A DNA stretch of 64,000 nt from Candidatus Iainarchaeum sp. (GCA_043812975.1 JBDRLP010000027.1:52111-116110), one strand, 5' to 3'; numbered from the stretch's first letter, positions 43,083 through 53,418 are shown. Notes: generated by a model from the sequence alone, not told the origin. Numbers and translations: made by a program.

Positions 43083-45089
43083 TACTTTTGTAGGTGCATC
43101 TTTTTCTTTTTCTCTTTCTAATGAATATAATTTTCCTGATGCTGCATTTTCCATTTCTTTATCGTGGGTGATAATAAAAATTTGTTCAATCAATTCAGGT
43201 AAATGATTTCTCATTGTTTCGCTTAATTCCTTAACCGCGTTCACGTCTAAATTGTGGGTTGGTTCATCCAGAATAATCCAGCCTAAGTTTTGGGTTAATA
43301 CGAGGGAGATTGCAATTCTCAGGGTTATTGCTGCTGCACTTCTTTCTCCGCCTGAAAGTATTCCTTCTACTCTTGCCCATTGTTCGTTTCTTTGTTTAAC
43401 CATTACTTCGTAGCTTCCTTCTTCCACGATTATTTTTACACTCAAAAAATCTTTGTAAGGGTAAATCCTTGGCCAGATTTCTCCCATTGCCTGATTAACT
43501 GTTTCCACCATCATGTTTCTTAGTTCTCCTTGCGTGGATTTTAATGCCGAAGTAAAGATTGCTAGTTTTTCTGTTGTTTTTTCGTTTTCCTTAACTTGGG
43601 TTTCAAGTTCTTTAATCTGATGTTCTATTTCTTTTATTCTTTTTACACTTTCATTGAGTTCTTTTAATAGTTCTTTTCCGCTTGAAATTTCAGTTCTGAG
43701 TTCAGCACTCTTTTCTTTTAAACCTAAAAACTCTTTTTCGTGCTTTTCGTGTTCTTTTTCATCAAACCCTGTTTTTTTCATCATTTCTCTTACTTTTTCT
43801 ATTTCTTTCTCAAGGTCATTTTTTTGTTTTTCTTTTTCACTTAATTCTGCAGCAATTTCCTTCAGTCTTTTAAGTTCGTTAAGTTGCTTTTCAATAGTTT
43901 CGCCTTTCTTTTCAATTTTTCCCAGTTCTTCTTTCTTTTCCTTCAATTCTTTGATTTCCTTTTCCAAGTCTGAATTAAGTTCTTTTGTTTTTTTCAGTAT
44001 TTTTTCTTCTTCATCTTTAAGCTCCTGCTCAAGCTTTTCTTTATCGTGCTCATTTAATGGTCTTTTACATATCGGGCAGTCTGATTCCAGTTTTTGTGCA
44101 TTAGAAACGTTTTTTGAATTAGAATTAAGCAGATTGTTCTGTACAGCTATTTCTTCTTTAATTTTAGAAACCTTTCTCTCAAGTTTTTCATTTTCTTTTT
44201 CAAGTTTTTCATTTTCCTTTATTTTTCCTTCAATTTTTTCGTGTTTTGTGTCTTTTAGTTTTTCCCTGCCTGTTTTCAGTTGTTCTGTTAGGGATTCTAT
44301 TTTTGCTTTGCTTTGAATTTCAAGTTCTTTAAGGAATTTATTTTCTTTTTCTTTTTCTTCAAGCTGTTTTAGTGTTTTTTCCTTTTCTTTTATTTGTTTT
44401 TCCAGTTCAGAATTTTCTTTTTCCTTATCATTCAATTCTTTTTCCTTTTTTGAGATCTTTTTTTCATATTCTTCAAGTTCTTTAGGATTGTTTTTCCTTT
44501 TTTGTTCCTGTAAAAACTTTTTCCTGTCCTCAATAATGCGTTTGAGTCTGTTTGCAAGTGTTACAGAATTTGTCCTTACTTTTTCGTATTTATCCAGTCC
44601 TAATAATTCATCAAATTTTTCTTTTCTTTGTGCAGGAGTCAGCTTTAGAAAAAAGTCGATTTGGTTCTGCTCTGAATAAATAGCTCTGCTGAATAGTTCG
44701 TAGGAAACTTCCAGTATTTCCTCAATTTTTTTTGTTGTTTCAGTTGTTTTTGGCCCTGCCAGTATCTTTCCGAATTCCCTTAATGTTCCTTCATTTATTC
44801 CTTTTCTTTTTACAATTCTCTCAACCGAATATTCTTTTCCATTATAATCAAATTCAAGTGTTATTTTTGCGGTTTCCTGTTTGCTTGGTTTTGCCATTAT
44901 GGTTTCTTCAAGAGTAACTTTTCTTGCTGCAAGTGTCGGGAATGTTCCGTATAATGCAAAAGAAATTGCATCCATTATGCTCGACTTCCCACTTCCCATT
45001 TTTCCTACTATTACATTGGTTCCTTTGGAAAAATCAAGTTCTGTATTATAATGGGTTTTCCAGTTCTCGAGTTTAATGGTTTTTATCAT
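43071..45089 (-). CDS. rad50: Rad50 DSB-repair ATPase (SMC-like) with a CxxC zinc hook
   Basis: Walker A GKMGSGKSSIMDA, long coiled coil with hook CPICKRPL, signature LSGGERSAAAITLRIA, Walker B IILDEPT. Confidence 0.85.
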   Translation of the reverse strand: MIKTIKLENWKTHYNTELDFSKGTNVIVGKMGSGKSSIMDAISFALYGTFPTLAARKVTLEETIMAKPSKQETAKITLEFDYNGKEYSVERIVKRKGINEGTLREFGKILAGPKTTETTKKIEEILEVSYELFSRAIYSEQNQIDFFLKLTPAQRKEKFDELLGLDKYEKVRTNSVTLANRLKRIIEDRKKFLQEQKRKNNPKELEEYEKKISKKEKELNDKEKENSELEKQIKEKEKTLKQLEEKEKENKFLKELEIQSKAKIESLTEQLKTGREKLKDTKHEKIEGKIKENEKLEKENEKLERKVSKIKEEIAVQNNLLNSNSKNVSNAQKLESDCPICKRPLNEHDKEKLEQELKDEEEKILKKTKELNSDLEKEIKELKEKKEELGKIEKKGETIEKQLNELKRLKEIAAELSEKEKQKNDLEKEIEKVREMMKKTGFDEKEHEKHEKEFLGLKEKSAELRTEISSGKELLKELNESVKRIKEIEHQIKELETQVKENEKTTEKLAIFTSALKSTQGELRNMMVETVNQAMGEIWPRIYPYKDFLSVKIIVEEGSYEVMVKQRNEQWARVEGILSGGERSAAAITLRIAISLVLTQNLGWIILDEPTHNLDVNAVKELSETMRNHLPELIEQIFIITHDKEMENAASGKLYSLEREKEKDAPTKVLGF

Positions 45090-45125
45090 TAGAATAATTA
45101 GAGGCTGAAAACCGTTTTAAGCCTA

Positions 45126-45452
45126 TTATAGAAGAGTCATACTTTCTTGTTCTACTTCTTCAATTGTAGCCATTTCTGAGAGTTCTTTTGTGGCTTTTTC
45201 CATTTGCCCCTCTTCTTTTTCGTTTACAAGAACACCTACTTTAAGAATAACAATTCCAAACCCTATCGGATCATCTTTAATGTCTTTGACTTCTCCTGCT
45301 TTAAGAGTCTGGATTTCTTTTTTAGTTTCTTCTAGTTTTTCCATGTCCTTAGGAGTAACCTTGTATATGATGAATGATTTATCGGGCATCAGTATCACTT
45401 TATGGTCCTGTGAATTCGCATCCAGGACATTTGTAATCAAGGCTTCTTGCAC
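45126..45452 (-). CDS. Translation elongation factor 1 beta (aEF-1beta)
   Basis: KVILMPD...DPIGFGIVILKVGVLVNEKEEGQ...EVEQESMTLL matches archaeal EF-1beta. Confidence 0.8.
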   Translation of the reverse strand: MQEALITNVLDANSQDHKVILMPDKSFIIYKVTPKDMEKLEETKKEIQTLKAGEVKDIKDDPIGFGIVILKVGVLVNEKEEGQMEKATKELSEMATIEEVEQESMTLL

Positions 45453-45552
45453 GGGCTTCCATGCTTCTGATTATTCTTTCTCCGCATTTTGGGCACTTAA
45501 ATTCTACAAAATCGTCAGTAACGAGCTTGTTTGTTGTTACGCATGTTTTCAT
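45400..45552 (-). CDS. Small zinc-ribbon protein (50 aa) conserved upstream of aEF-1beta
   Basis: KCPKCGERI...YKCPGCEF double CxxC; not in the supplied ORF track (under 60 aa); overlaps the EF-1beta start as in other archaea. Confidence 0.55.
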   Translation of the reverse strand: MKTCVTTNKLVTDDFVEFKCPKCGERIIRSMEARARSLDYKCPGCEFTGP

Positions 45553-45592
45553 CTATGATTCATTCCCCAGTTAGCTTTAAAAAGGTTGATTT

Positions 45593-45660
45593 CCCCGCCT
45601 GCTTGCGGGGGTAAAGCGTTCTATCTTCGTTTGGACTCGATAGAACTTGTTCGCACTGGC
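45593..45660 (+). repeat. GC-rich two-hairpin structured element, family copy B (its tail carries the TTCGCACTGGCAA motif)
   Basis: ccccgc-ctgctt-gcgggg hairpin, GUAAAGCG linker, 8-bp stem GUUCUAUC/GAUAGAAC enclosing UUCGUUUGGACUC, tail cttgttcgcactggcaatg. Confidence 0.5.
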
Positions 45661-45724
45661 AATGAGGTCTCGAAACTATTTAAAGCAAATATATTTATAC
45701 ATTCATAGAGGTATAATTGTGAGT

Positions 45725-45934
45725 ATGGTTGCTAGTGATTCTTTTAAGACTTATGAATTCTATGCAAATGCTGATTTATCTAAGTATGCCGGTCAGTGGG
45801 TTGCAATAGTTAATAATAAAGTTATAGCCCATGGCAAAGATGTAAAGAAATTATTGAAAGAAGCAGAAAAAGAAGCTCCAAAAATCACTCCGTTTATAGC
45901 AAAAGTGCCTCTTAGAGATATTCTTCTCTGGTAA
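45725..45934 (+). CDS. Small hypothetical protein (ORF opens at 45647)
   Basis: Start taken at MVASDSF, downstream of the TATA-like tatttaaagc; adjacent to the retropepsin-like gene. Confidence 0.35.
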   Translation: MVASDSFKTYEFYANADLSKYAGQWVAIVNNKVIAHGKDVKKLLKEAEKEAPKITPFIAKVPLRDILLW

Positions 45935-46351
45935 TTGCACATGTCTTTCACTTTTAAATACAGAAAAGAGAAAATCGAAGGAAAAATTAGATATTTCCCA
46001 AAAGTTGTTATCAGTCTTTACAATAAAGGTATCAAATTTGATTATCCTGCATTAATTGATTCCGGAGCAACTGATATTTTTGTCCCAAAACAGATTGCTG
46101 AAGCACTCGAGCTTGATTTTAAAGAAGAAGATATTGCCAGCAGTTGGAATGGTGATTTTAAGGTTTGGGGTTCTAATATAGGAGTTATTTTGGGCAAAGG
46201 AAGCCAGACCTTCAGAAGAGTTTTGCCATGCCTTATTCCTGATAGTGAAAATCCCAATCAAGAAGTAATTTTAGGCAGAGTATTATTCAAGTTCTTTGAG
46301 GTTACATTTAACGAACAAAAAAGAATTACAAAACTCAAAAAAATACAATAA
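45935..46351 (+). CDS. Retropepsin-like (clan AA) aspartic protease
   Basis: ALIDSGATDIFVP: D-S/T-G-A catalytic motif in a roughly 135-aa protein, consistent with a homodimeric retropepsin-like fold. Confidence 0.6.
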   Translation: MHMSFTFKYRKEKIEGKIRYFPKVVISLYNKGIKFDYPALIDSGATDIFVPKQIAEALELDFKEEDIASSWNGDFKVWGSNIGVILGKGSQTFRRVLPCLIPDSENPNQEVILGRVLFKFFEVTFNEQKRITKLKKIQ

Positions 46352-46435
46352 TCAGATTTTTTCCTTAACTAATTTTATTTTTGAGCAGAAACAAATATTA
46401 AATAACGAACTAGACCCCAATATATTCTATTCAAT

Positions 46436-46510
46436 GGGCCTGTAGCTTAGCCTGGATTGAGCGTTCGCCTTCGGAGCGAAAGATCGGGGGTTCGAATCCC
46501 TCCAGGCCCT
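46436..46510 (+). tRNA. tRNA-Arg (anticodon UCG)
   Basis: Acceptor GGGCCUG/CAGGCCC, D arm GCUU-AGCCUGGAUU-GAGC, anticodon stem UUCGC/GCGAA, loop CUUCGGA, T arm GGGGG-UUCGAAU-CCCUC. Confidence 0.85.
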
Positions 46511-46594
46511 TAACCTTTTTCTTTCTCTTGAGAAGAGAAACAAAAAGCTTAACCAAAAAGAAAGAGAACCTAATACTCTTCAAATTTACGTGGT

Positions 46595-46780
46595 TTAACC
46601 TTTCTTTAGTTTTCTTTTTTCCCTTTCTATATCTTTCCAAGTATAATGGCCTTCATGATATTTTGCACCATGTTCTTTCACGGGTTCTTCTATTAATAAT
46701 TTAATTCCATGGGAAGTTTTACCAAGAACTTTGTCGCCTGTTTTTGTTCTTGTTCCATCTAATCTTCTAACATCAATCAT
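46595..46780 (-). CDS. Small hypothetical protein downstream of cca
   Basis: ORF only (KTGDKVLGKTSHGIKLLIEEPV). Confidence 0.3.
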   Translation of the reverse strand: MIDVRRLDGTRTKTGDKVLGKTSHGIKLLIEEPVKEHGAKYHEGHYTWKDIEREKRKLKKG

Positions 46781-46853
46781 TTCTCTAATTTTGCCTATTT
46801 TTTCCTGATTCCAAATCCGTGTTCAAGAAATTTCATTCTTGGTGGTTTCATTT

Positions 46854-48248
46854 TTAGTACTCCTCAAATTCTTCTATTCCTTTCAAATAAGTTGAGAACC
46901 ATGCTTTGAATTCTTTATTTTTCCTGTATTTTTCAAGCACTTCCTTATCACTCAAAACTTTTGCTTTTTTGTTTAATGCTTTTCTGATTCCTGATTTTTC
47001 AGTTTTCTTCAGTTTTTTAAGGAGCTCTTTGAGATACTCCGTTGCTCGATCGTGTTCTCTTTCAATTTCAACAACCCATCTTCCTTTTTCAATCCGCGGA
47101 CCGCTAAGTGCTTTCTTATGTGCTTTCAAAAACTGTTCAGAATGTTCTTCATTAGTAACATGAGGTCCTATTCTTTTCTGGGCTTTTTCCAATCTATTAG
47201 CTTCCAAATCAAAAACCAGGATAATTTCTTTTTCCTCATCACTCCAAGAAGCATTTCTTAAAATCCTGAAATCCTTTTGTTCTAATGCAGAAATAATTTT
47301 CTTTCCTAATCTCCGTATCTGCCCCCACAAAATATCTGGAAGTTCCTTTGCAGGATAACCAATCTGAATAATAATGAGCCCTTCTTTTTCAACTAGTTTT
47401 TTTGCTTTTCCTGAATCAAGAGTTTTTGTTTTTGCTCCGAAGAAAAATTTAAGAGAAGGTTTTTTCAGAAAAGCTCTTGAGGCAGCAACGATTCGAGCAT
47501 ATTGATTTACACTCAATGCAGCTGCAACATTCCTGTTTGAATCAACTGGATCAATTATAATAAGCGAAGAATCAAATTTCTTCAAAGCTTCTTTTTTACT
47601 CAGTTGTTTTTCAATATCTAGTATTTCATGTTCCTGCCACTTTGCCATTGCAGATATTGTTTTCTTAAAAGAACCATAATTCACAATTAATAATTCTGTC
47701 ACATATCCCGGAACCGAACTAACTTTCAGATCAGCACCATAAGCTTTAATCCCTTTCAAAAATTGTTTCAGTAATCTTACTTCATTACACAATTTTGGAG
47801 TTAATTTTTTTTGTAAGTATTTGTTGTGAAAACTTGTTCTGTCAACAGCACTTCTTAATTTTTGGGTATCATTTATTGAATAAGCAGGAACTATTTCCAC
47901 ATCAAAACCTTTAATGACTCCGCGAATGTAAGGGTGTTCGGAATAAGCTTTTTCCCATTTGTGGCCGCGGAAAACGTTTTTTCCGATTCTCAGGCCTTCT
48001 TTTTCAAACTCTTCGCGTGAAATTTTTTCAGGAAAAAACACAAAAATATCAAGGTCATTATCACCGCGTAAATGCGTATTTCTTGCATTACTCCCTACTA
48101 ATTCTACTCCAAGGTGGTTTCCTTTGATTTTTGTTATTTTTGTTATTATTTCGGTTGCTAATGCTTCCTGTTTAATTCTTTCGGGTTTTGAAGGGGTTAT
48201 TTTTTTGGTTACTTTGTTTAATATATTGTTCATCTTAACCACGGTCAC
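46854..48248 (-). CDS. cca: CCA-adding enzyme (archaeal class I tRNA nucleotidyltransferase)
   Basis: GSNARNTHLRGDNDLDIFVFFP nucleotidyltransferase motif and class I CCA architecture. Confidence 0.85.
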   Translation of the reverse strand: MTVVKMNNILNKVTKKITPSKPERIKQEALATEIITKITKIKGNHLGVELVGSNARNTHLRGDNDLDIFVFFPEKISREEFEKEGLRIGKNVFRGHKWEKAYSEHPYIRGVIKGFDVEIVPAYSINDTQKLRSAVDRTSFHNKYLQKKLTPKLCNEVRLLKQFLKGIKAYGADLKVSSVPGYVTELLIVNYGSFKKTISAMAKWQEHEILDIEKQLSKKEALKKFDSSLIIIDPVDSNRNVAAALSVNQYARIVAASRAFLKKPSLKFFFGAKTKTLDSGKAKKLVEKEGLIIIQIGYPAKELPDILWGQIRRLGKKIISALEQKDFRILRNASWSDEEKEIILVFDLEANRLEKAQKRIGPHVTNEEHSEQFLKAHKKALSGPRIEKGRWVVEIEREHDRATEYLKELLKKLKKTEKSGIRKALNKKAKVLSDKEVLEKYRKNKEFKAWFSTYLKGIEEFEEY

Positions 48249-48290
48249 GTTTTATATAGTATAAATCTGTACTATAAATAGCTATTCTAA

Positions 48291-49868
48291 GTGGTTTTAA
48301 TGGCATTTCAGTTTGCGGAAAAAAAAGGAAACAAGATTGATTCTTATGGTCAAACGGTTATCCATGAAGGATTCCCGTTTTTCTTTTATGATGTAAAAGA
48401 ACCAAAGTTTAATGAAGAAGAAAATATCATGAAGGAATCTTTGATTAATCTTATTATGGGCCGCTGGAGTTTTGATGAGGTTCAGGGGCAGCTGGAAAAA
48501 CTTTTTTCAAAACAGTTTATGGAGCAGTTCAGGGAAAAAATAATCAAGCCGATAACTTATAGCGGTGCGATGGAATATTTGTTGCCAACTGATGATTATA
48601 ATACTTTAAAATTAACTCTCATAACTTTGTTTAAGGAATTTTTACCGGTTGTAAAAAATCATTCTTTATTAGCAGACAAAATCCTTGGGGACTCTATCGG
48701 TTACGGGAAAATAAATCCTTTTGTTATGGATGAAAGTTTAGAAGAAGTCATGGTTAATTCTTATGACAAGAACGTTTTTGTTTTTCACAAAAAGTACGGC
48801 CATTGTAAAACTAATATAGATTTTTCAAACAAAAAAGCCCTTGATAATTTGCTGCAAAAAATTGCTCACACTATAGGAAAAAAGTTTGATGCTGACAATC
48901 CTTTATTGGACGCACGTCTTCCTGACGGTAACAGAGCTAATGCAACTTTTGCTTATGTAACTCCATTTGGCCCAAGCCTTACAATCAGGAAATTTTCCAG
49001 TGTTCCTCTTAGTATTGTTGATTTAATTTCCAATAATACGATTTCAAGTGAATTGGCAGCATTTCTTTGGGTTATGGTTGAGGGTATGGGTGTTGAGCCA
49101 ATGAATCTTATTGTTACCGGCGGTTCTGGTTCAGGAAAAACAACTACTTTGAATGCTTTGACTGCTTTTGTAAGATACCCTGAAAGAATTATTTCCATTG
49201 AAGATACGCTTGAACTGCGTTTGTTGGGGCGGCAAAATTGGGTTCAGATGGAATCCAGGCCAGCAATGAAAGGACAGGAAGGTGTTACCATGGATGACTT
49301 GTTAAAAAATGCTATGAGAATGAGGCCTGATCGCATTATTGTTGGGGAAGTAAGAGGAAAAGAAGCAGAAACTCTCTTTGTTGCAATGGACACCGGCCAT
49401 AAAGGATCAATGGGAACATTGCATAGTAATTCTGCCAAAGAAATGCTTCTAAGATTAAAATCAGAACCTATGGGTGTTCCTGATTCTTTAATTCCTTTAC
49501 TTAATCTTATTATTGTTCAGTACAGGCTTTATGTTAAAGGGAAAGGCATCGAGAGAAGAGTAATATCTGTTACTGAGGTAAGTTCTATGGATAATCATGC
49601 TTTGCTCAGTAATGTGTATGAGTGGGACCGCGGAACTGATTTTGTGAAAAGAACCGATGTTCCGATGAAACTTATGGAGACCTTATCTGAAAAAACATTA
49701 AAAACTAAAAAAGAGGTTGAAATGGAGATTAATGTTAGAAAAAGGATTCTTGAATGGATGATGAAGAACGATATCCATTTCCAGCCTGAAGTAGAAGTGG
49801 TTGTTCAGCAGTATTATTATAATCCTGAAGCTCTTTTAGAAAAAGTTCTTGCTGAAGATTCTCAATAA
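48291..49868 (+). CDS. Type II/IV secretion-system ATPase (FlaI/PilB/TadA-like) - putative pilus assembly ATPase
   Basis: Walker A LIVTGGSGSGKTTTLNAL, Asp box, Walker B, His box (GHKGSMGTLHSNSAKE). Confidence 0.8.
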   Translation: MVLMAFQFAEKKGNKIDSYGQTVIHEGFPFFFYDVKEPKFNEEENIMKESLINLIMGRWSFDEVQGQLEKLFSKQFMEQFREKIIKPITYSGAMEYLLPTDDYNTLKLTLITLFKEFLPVVKNHSLLADKILGDSIGYGKINPFVMDESLEEVMVNSYDKNVFVFHKKYGHCKTNIDFSNKKALDNLLQKIAHTIGKKFDADNPLLDARLPDGNRANATFAYVTPFGPSLTIRKFSSVPLSIVDLISNNTISSELAAFLWVMVEGMGVEPMNLIVTGGSGSGKTTTLNALTAFVRYPERIISIEDTLELRLLGRQNWVQMESRPAMKGQEGVTMDDLLKNAMRMRPDRIIVGEVRGKEAETLFVAMDTGHKGSMGTLHSNSAKEMLLRLKSEPMGVPDSLIPLLNLIIVQYRLYVKGKGIERRVISVTEVSSMDNHALLSNVYEWDRGTDFVKRTDVPMKLMETLSEKTLKTKKEVEMEINVRKRILEWMMKNDIHFQPEVEVVVQQYYYNPEALLEKVLAEDSQ

Positions 49869-50459
49869 TTATTTCAAATATTTTTTGAATGTTTTTTCAA
49901 GTTTTTCAAGTCTCGTATAATTTTTTCTAACTAATTCATTTGCTTCTTTCAACACATTCAGTAATTGTTTTTCGCTTATAAGTTTTTCTTCTCCGTTTTT
50001 TACCGGAAATTCCATTTTTTCAGTGCCCTGTAATTCTATTATGAATTTTCCTTTTTCAGCAAGCATTATCCCGCCTCTTTTGACTCCTGCTTCTTTCATT
50101 GCTTTCAAAATCACATTTGATTTTTCTAAATCTGCACATCCAATATGCAGAATAAATGGATCTACTTTAAACCAGAGTTTTCCTTTTACTTTTTCATTAA
50201 AACCTTCTTTCAGTTCTTTTTTTGTGATTTCTCTATGCCATTTTCTGTGAAAAAAATTGTCAATTTTTTTGTTGCTTCTTTTTTCAAGCAGGATTATTCT
50301 TCCGCTACAGCAACTGGAAGTGTAGTAGTTTTTTGTTGAAACCACGTCATCACAAAGCCCCTGCATCTGTTCATCTACCTTTCCTTGGATTAAAGCCGTT
50401 TTGTAAGTGTTAGTATGTCTTTGTTTTATCATATCAAATCTGGTTGGCTTATCTTTCAT
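49869..50459 (-). CDS. taw3: tRNA wyosine-derivative methyltransferase Taw3 (TYW3 family)
   Basis: YYTSSCCSGRIILLEK matches the TYW3 signature (TTSSCSGRI). Confidence 0.65.
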   Translation of the reverse strand: MKDKPTRFDMIKQRHTNTYKTALIQGKVDEQMQGLCDDVVSTKNYYTSSCCSGRIILLEKRSNKKIDNFFHRKWHREITKKELKEGFNEKVKGKLWFKVDPFILHIGCADLEKSNVILKAMKEAGVKRGGIMLAEKGKFIIELQGTEKMEFPVKNGEEKLISEKQLLNVLKEANELVRKNYTRLEKLEKTFKKYLK

Positions 50460-50502
50460 ATAAAGTCCCTCTTTTTGGTCTCTTATAGGCTTTTTTGACC
50501 AA

Positions 50503-51354
50503 TTGTTTTATTTATTCTTCTGCTGCAATTTTATTTTGGGGGAATTAATTTTGTTTAAACCTATTATTGTATTAAGCATGCTTTTATTGCTAGCCTCATT
50601 GGCTTTTGCCGAGGTTAATGTTCTTTATCCTGTGGAAGCAACCCTTCAAAATGGTAATACTATTCAGGCTGGCTCAGTAGGCCCCAATCAGGTTTTTGAA
50701 TTGATTTTTTCAGATAATTCAGGTCATGGTTTTGAGTGGGACACTGTTACAGTTAATGAAGCTTCACTTCCGGCAGGTTGGACAATTGTTTCCCAAAATA
50801 ATACTGACACTTCTTTAATAGTAAATATCGGCGTTCCTAAAAACGCTCAGCCAAACTTTTATGTTATTGAGCTTTCATTATCAAATAGTAATAATCCTGC
50901 TGTGAAAGATTCAGTTAGTGTTAGTGTTGTTGTAAAACAAAATCTGTTAGATGTTTCTTTTATAAGGCCTTCAATAGAAAATGTTTCTGTTGTCGGTGAA
51001 TCTGTTTTTTACAAAGGGGTTGTTTCTAATTCCTCAATAGCTCCGCAAAAAATTGTTTTTTCTTCCGATGTTCCTTCTAATTGGTTTGAAAGTATTGTTT
51101 TTGAAGCAGATCCGAACAGCATGGAAGAAATCGAACTTGAACTAAATCCTAAGTCTTATGGAAAACATTATTTTTCTTTTCAAGTATTGGATGAGGAAAG
51201 CACAATAATTAAGAGTTATTCTTCAGAATTAAACGTACACCCTACATTGAAGGGAAAGTTCAGTTCTGCATTCTCTGGTTTTCCTTTCTTTACTTTCAGT
51301 TTGGTGCCATTCCAATTATTAGCTTCTTTTATTTCCTTAATTTTGCCTAATTAA
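50503..51354 (+). CDS. Secreted beta-rich surface protein with a C-terminal membrane anchor, hypothetical
   Basis: Signal peptide, Ser/Val/Asn-rich beta-strand domains, C-terminal hydrophobic segment. Confidence 0.4.
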   Translation: MFYLFFCCNFILGELILFKPIIVLSMLLLLASLAFAEVNVLYPVEATLQNGNTIQAGSVGPNQVFELIFSDNSGHGFEWDTVTVNEASLPAGWTIVSQNNTDTSLIVNIGVPKNAQPNFYVIELSLSNSNNPAVKDSVSVSVVVKQNLLDVSFIRPSIENVSVVGESVFYKGVVSNSSIAPQKIVFSSDVPSNWFESIVFEADPNSMEEIELELNPKSYGKHYFSFQVLDEESTIIKSYSSELNVHPTLKGKFSSAFSGFPFFTFSLVPFQLLASFISLILPN

Positions 51355-53056
51355 GAATTTTTCCCATATAAATTCCATCTCTTTTGTAACCTAATTTTTT
51401 CAAATAGTATTCTCTGGCCCCAACACCACTTATAACAAGTAATTTATCTGCATTAAATTGTTCTTTTGCAATTTTTTCAGCTCGTTCCATCAATTTTTTA
51501 CCAAAACCTTTGTGTTGGGTGCTTTCAGAATCTGTTTTTCCTATTCCTACTTCTAATCCAAGAACATGTAATTCTCTAACTACGCAAGTTTTTTCAGTGA
51601 ACTCTTTTCTGAATGGTTTCCAAGGCTTTCTTAATCTGCAAAATCCAACTATTAAGTTATTCTTTGTGTCCTCAAATGAAATAAAAACTTCTTTCCCTTT
51701 ACTTGCTTCATATTCTGTTTCAACCAACTCAACTTTCGAATATTCTGTTTCTATCCCTTTTCTCTGGTTTATACCTGATTCTCGGCATCTTATACATTTG
51801 CACTTAATTCCTTTCTCCCTTGCTTTTTTCTCAATTATCTGCCTTAAATTATTTTTATCAACTCCTCCTTTGGAGTACTTTGTTGGAATATCTCTTTGTA
51901 CACGATGTACTCTTGTGTAAGAAGGAAAATATTTTTTTGCTTCAGAAATAATATCCGCGGCTTTTTCAGTATCTAAAGGAGTAAACTTCCCGTTTTCGTA
52001 AAGTTTTTCTAATGCAGTTCCTGGCATAACCATGCAAGGATAAATCTTCAATCCATCTGGTTTAAAATCAGGATTCTCAAACAAGTCCTTAAACATTTCA
52101 ATATCTTTTTCTTCAGAACTAAGCGGTTGACCAGGCATCATGTGATAAGTAACTTTCAATCCGGAATCTTTCAAAAGCCTTGTTGCTTCTATCGTATCTT
52201 CTATTGTGTGCCCTCTGTTAGTATATTTCAGAATGTTGTTGCTTGTGCTCTGAACTCCAAGTTCAACTCTTGTAGTTCCCAGTTTTAACATCTGGTCAAT
52301 TTCTTTTTCTTTACACCAATCAGGTTTTGTTTCAATACACAGGGTAACTATTCTTACATTAGCTTTCTCATTTCGTAAATGTTCTTTTTCAACATTAGCT
52401 TCATGTTTTTGTTTAAGCAATTTTTCTTTTAGGTTTTTGTTTAATTCCTTGTTTTGTTTTGAAAAAATTTTATTGAACTTTTCTGAATTAAATTTTCCTT
52501 TTGAAAACAGGTTTTTTGAAAAATCGTTCGTAGCTTGGAATGCTCCTGAAATAAATTCCTTCTGATATTCAAAAGTAAAACTTGGGAAAGTTCCGCCCAT
52601 AATTATTAGCTCCAATTTTTGTGGGTTGTGGGCTGTAGAATAATATTGTGACAATCGGTTCATTGTCTGGAGGTAAGAATCATAAGAATTGTTTATTGCC
52701 CGCATTGTTGCAGGTTCATTTCCAGTGTAGCTTTGCGGGACATCCCCGAAAAAACTATTGGGGCCTCCGGGACAGTAAATGCATGTTCCGTGTGGACAGT
52801 TTATTGGTTTTGTCATTATTGCTATTGGTGCAACCCCTGAAAGTGTTCTTAATGGTTTTATTAAAAGTATTTTGCTTAATTTTTTTGACGGGTTTTTTGA
52901 ATGGCTTAAAATATCAGGGTTGGACGGAACTTCGTTTAAACCAATTTCTTTTCCAACCTGTAGCTTTAATTTATTCAGTTCTTCTTTAGTGTTAATTTTG
53001 TTTTTTTCAACCGCATTTATTATTTGGGTGCAGAATTGCTGTAATTTTGTTGCCAT
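51347..53056 (-). CDS. elp3: Elp3-like radical SAM/GNAT tRNA uridine-34 modification enzyme
   Basis: Radical SAM cluster region CPHGTCIYCPGG and C-terminal GNAT motif QHKGFGKKLMERAEKIA. Confidence 0.85.
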   Translation of the reverse strand: MATKLQQFCTQIINAVEKNKINTKEELNKLKLQVGKEIGLNEVPSNPDILSHSKNPSKKLSKILLIKPLRTLSGVAPIAIMTKPINCPHGTCIYCPGGPNSFFGDVPQSYTGNEPATMRAINNSYDSYLQTMNRLSQYYSTAHNPQKLELIIMGGTFPSFTFEYQKEFISGAFQATNDFSKNLFSKGKFNSEKFNKIFSKQNKELNKNLKEKLLKQKHEANVEKEHLRNEKANVRIVTLCIETKPDWCKEKEIDQMLKLGTTRVELGVQSTSNNILKYTNRGHTIEDTIEATRLLKDSGLKVTYHMMPGQPLSSEEKDIEMFKDLFENPDFKPDGLKIYPCMVMPGTALEKLYENGKFTPLDTEKAADIISEAKKYFPSYTRVHRVQRDIPTKYSKGGVDKNNLRQIIEKKAREKGIKCKCIRCRESGINQRKGIETEYSKVELVETEYEASKGKEVFISFEDTKNNLIVGFCRLRKPWKPFRKEFTEKTCVVRELHVLGLEVGIGKTDSESTQHKGFGKKLMERAEKIAKEQFNADKLLVISGVGAREYYLKKLGYKRDGIYMGKILN

Positions 53057-53112
53057 GATTCAATTTTTTGCTTCGAAAAGGTTTTTATTGGGTGTTAGCG
53101 TTCTTTTTTTGA

Positions 53113-53418
53113 ATGACTAAAGCAGCAGAACAAGAATTTGTGAGTTATGTGCAAAACTATCCTGAATGCTATGCTATTGCACAATCTGAGATGTTCATGA
53201 AATTTTTAAATTTCATTTCAGAGGCTCCTAGGTCGGTTTCTGAGCTTTTAACGAATATTCCAAATATTGAGGATTTTGATTTAAGGCTTATTGTTCTTGC
53301 TTTAGAATCAGCAAAACTCATTAAAAGAAGCAGAAATATTCAATCCGAGGTTTATTATCTCACTAATAAGGGAAAAACTCTTATAACTAAATATAAAAAG
53401 GCAAAAAAAGGTCTTTAA
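53113..53418 (+). CDS. Winged-helix-like small protein, hypothetical
   Basis: Weak wHTH pattern. Confidence 0.3.
   Translation: MTKAAEQEFVSYVQNYPECYAIAQSEMFMKFLNFISEAPRSVSELLTNIPNIEDFDLRLIVLALESAKLIKRSRNIQSEVYYLTNKGKTLITKYKKAKKGL

Noticed and set aside
46431-46640. ORF 46431..46640 on the minus strand
   Set aside because: It runs antisense through tRNA-Arg (46436..46510) and its AG-rich palindromic terminator region.
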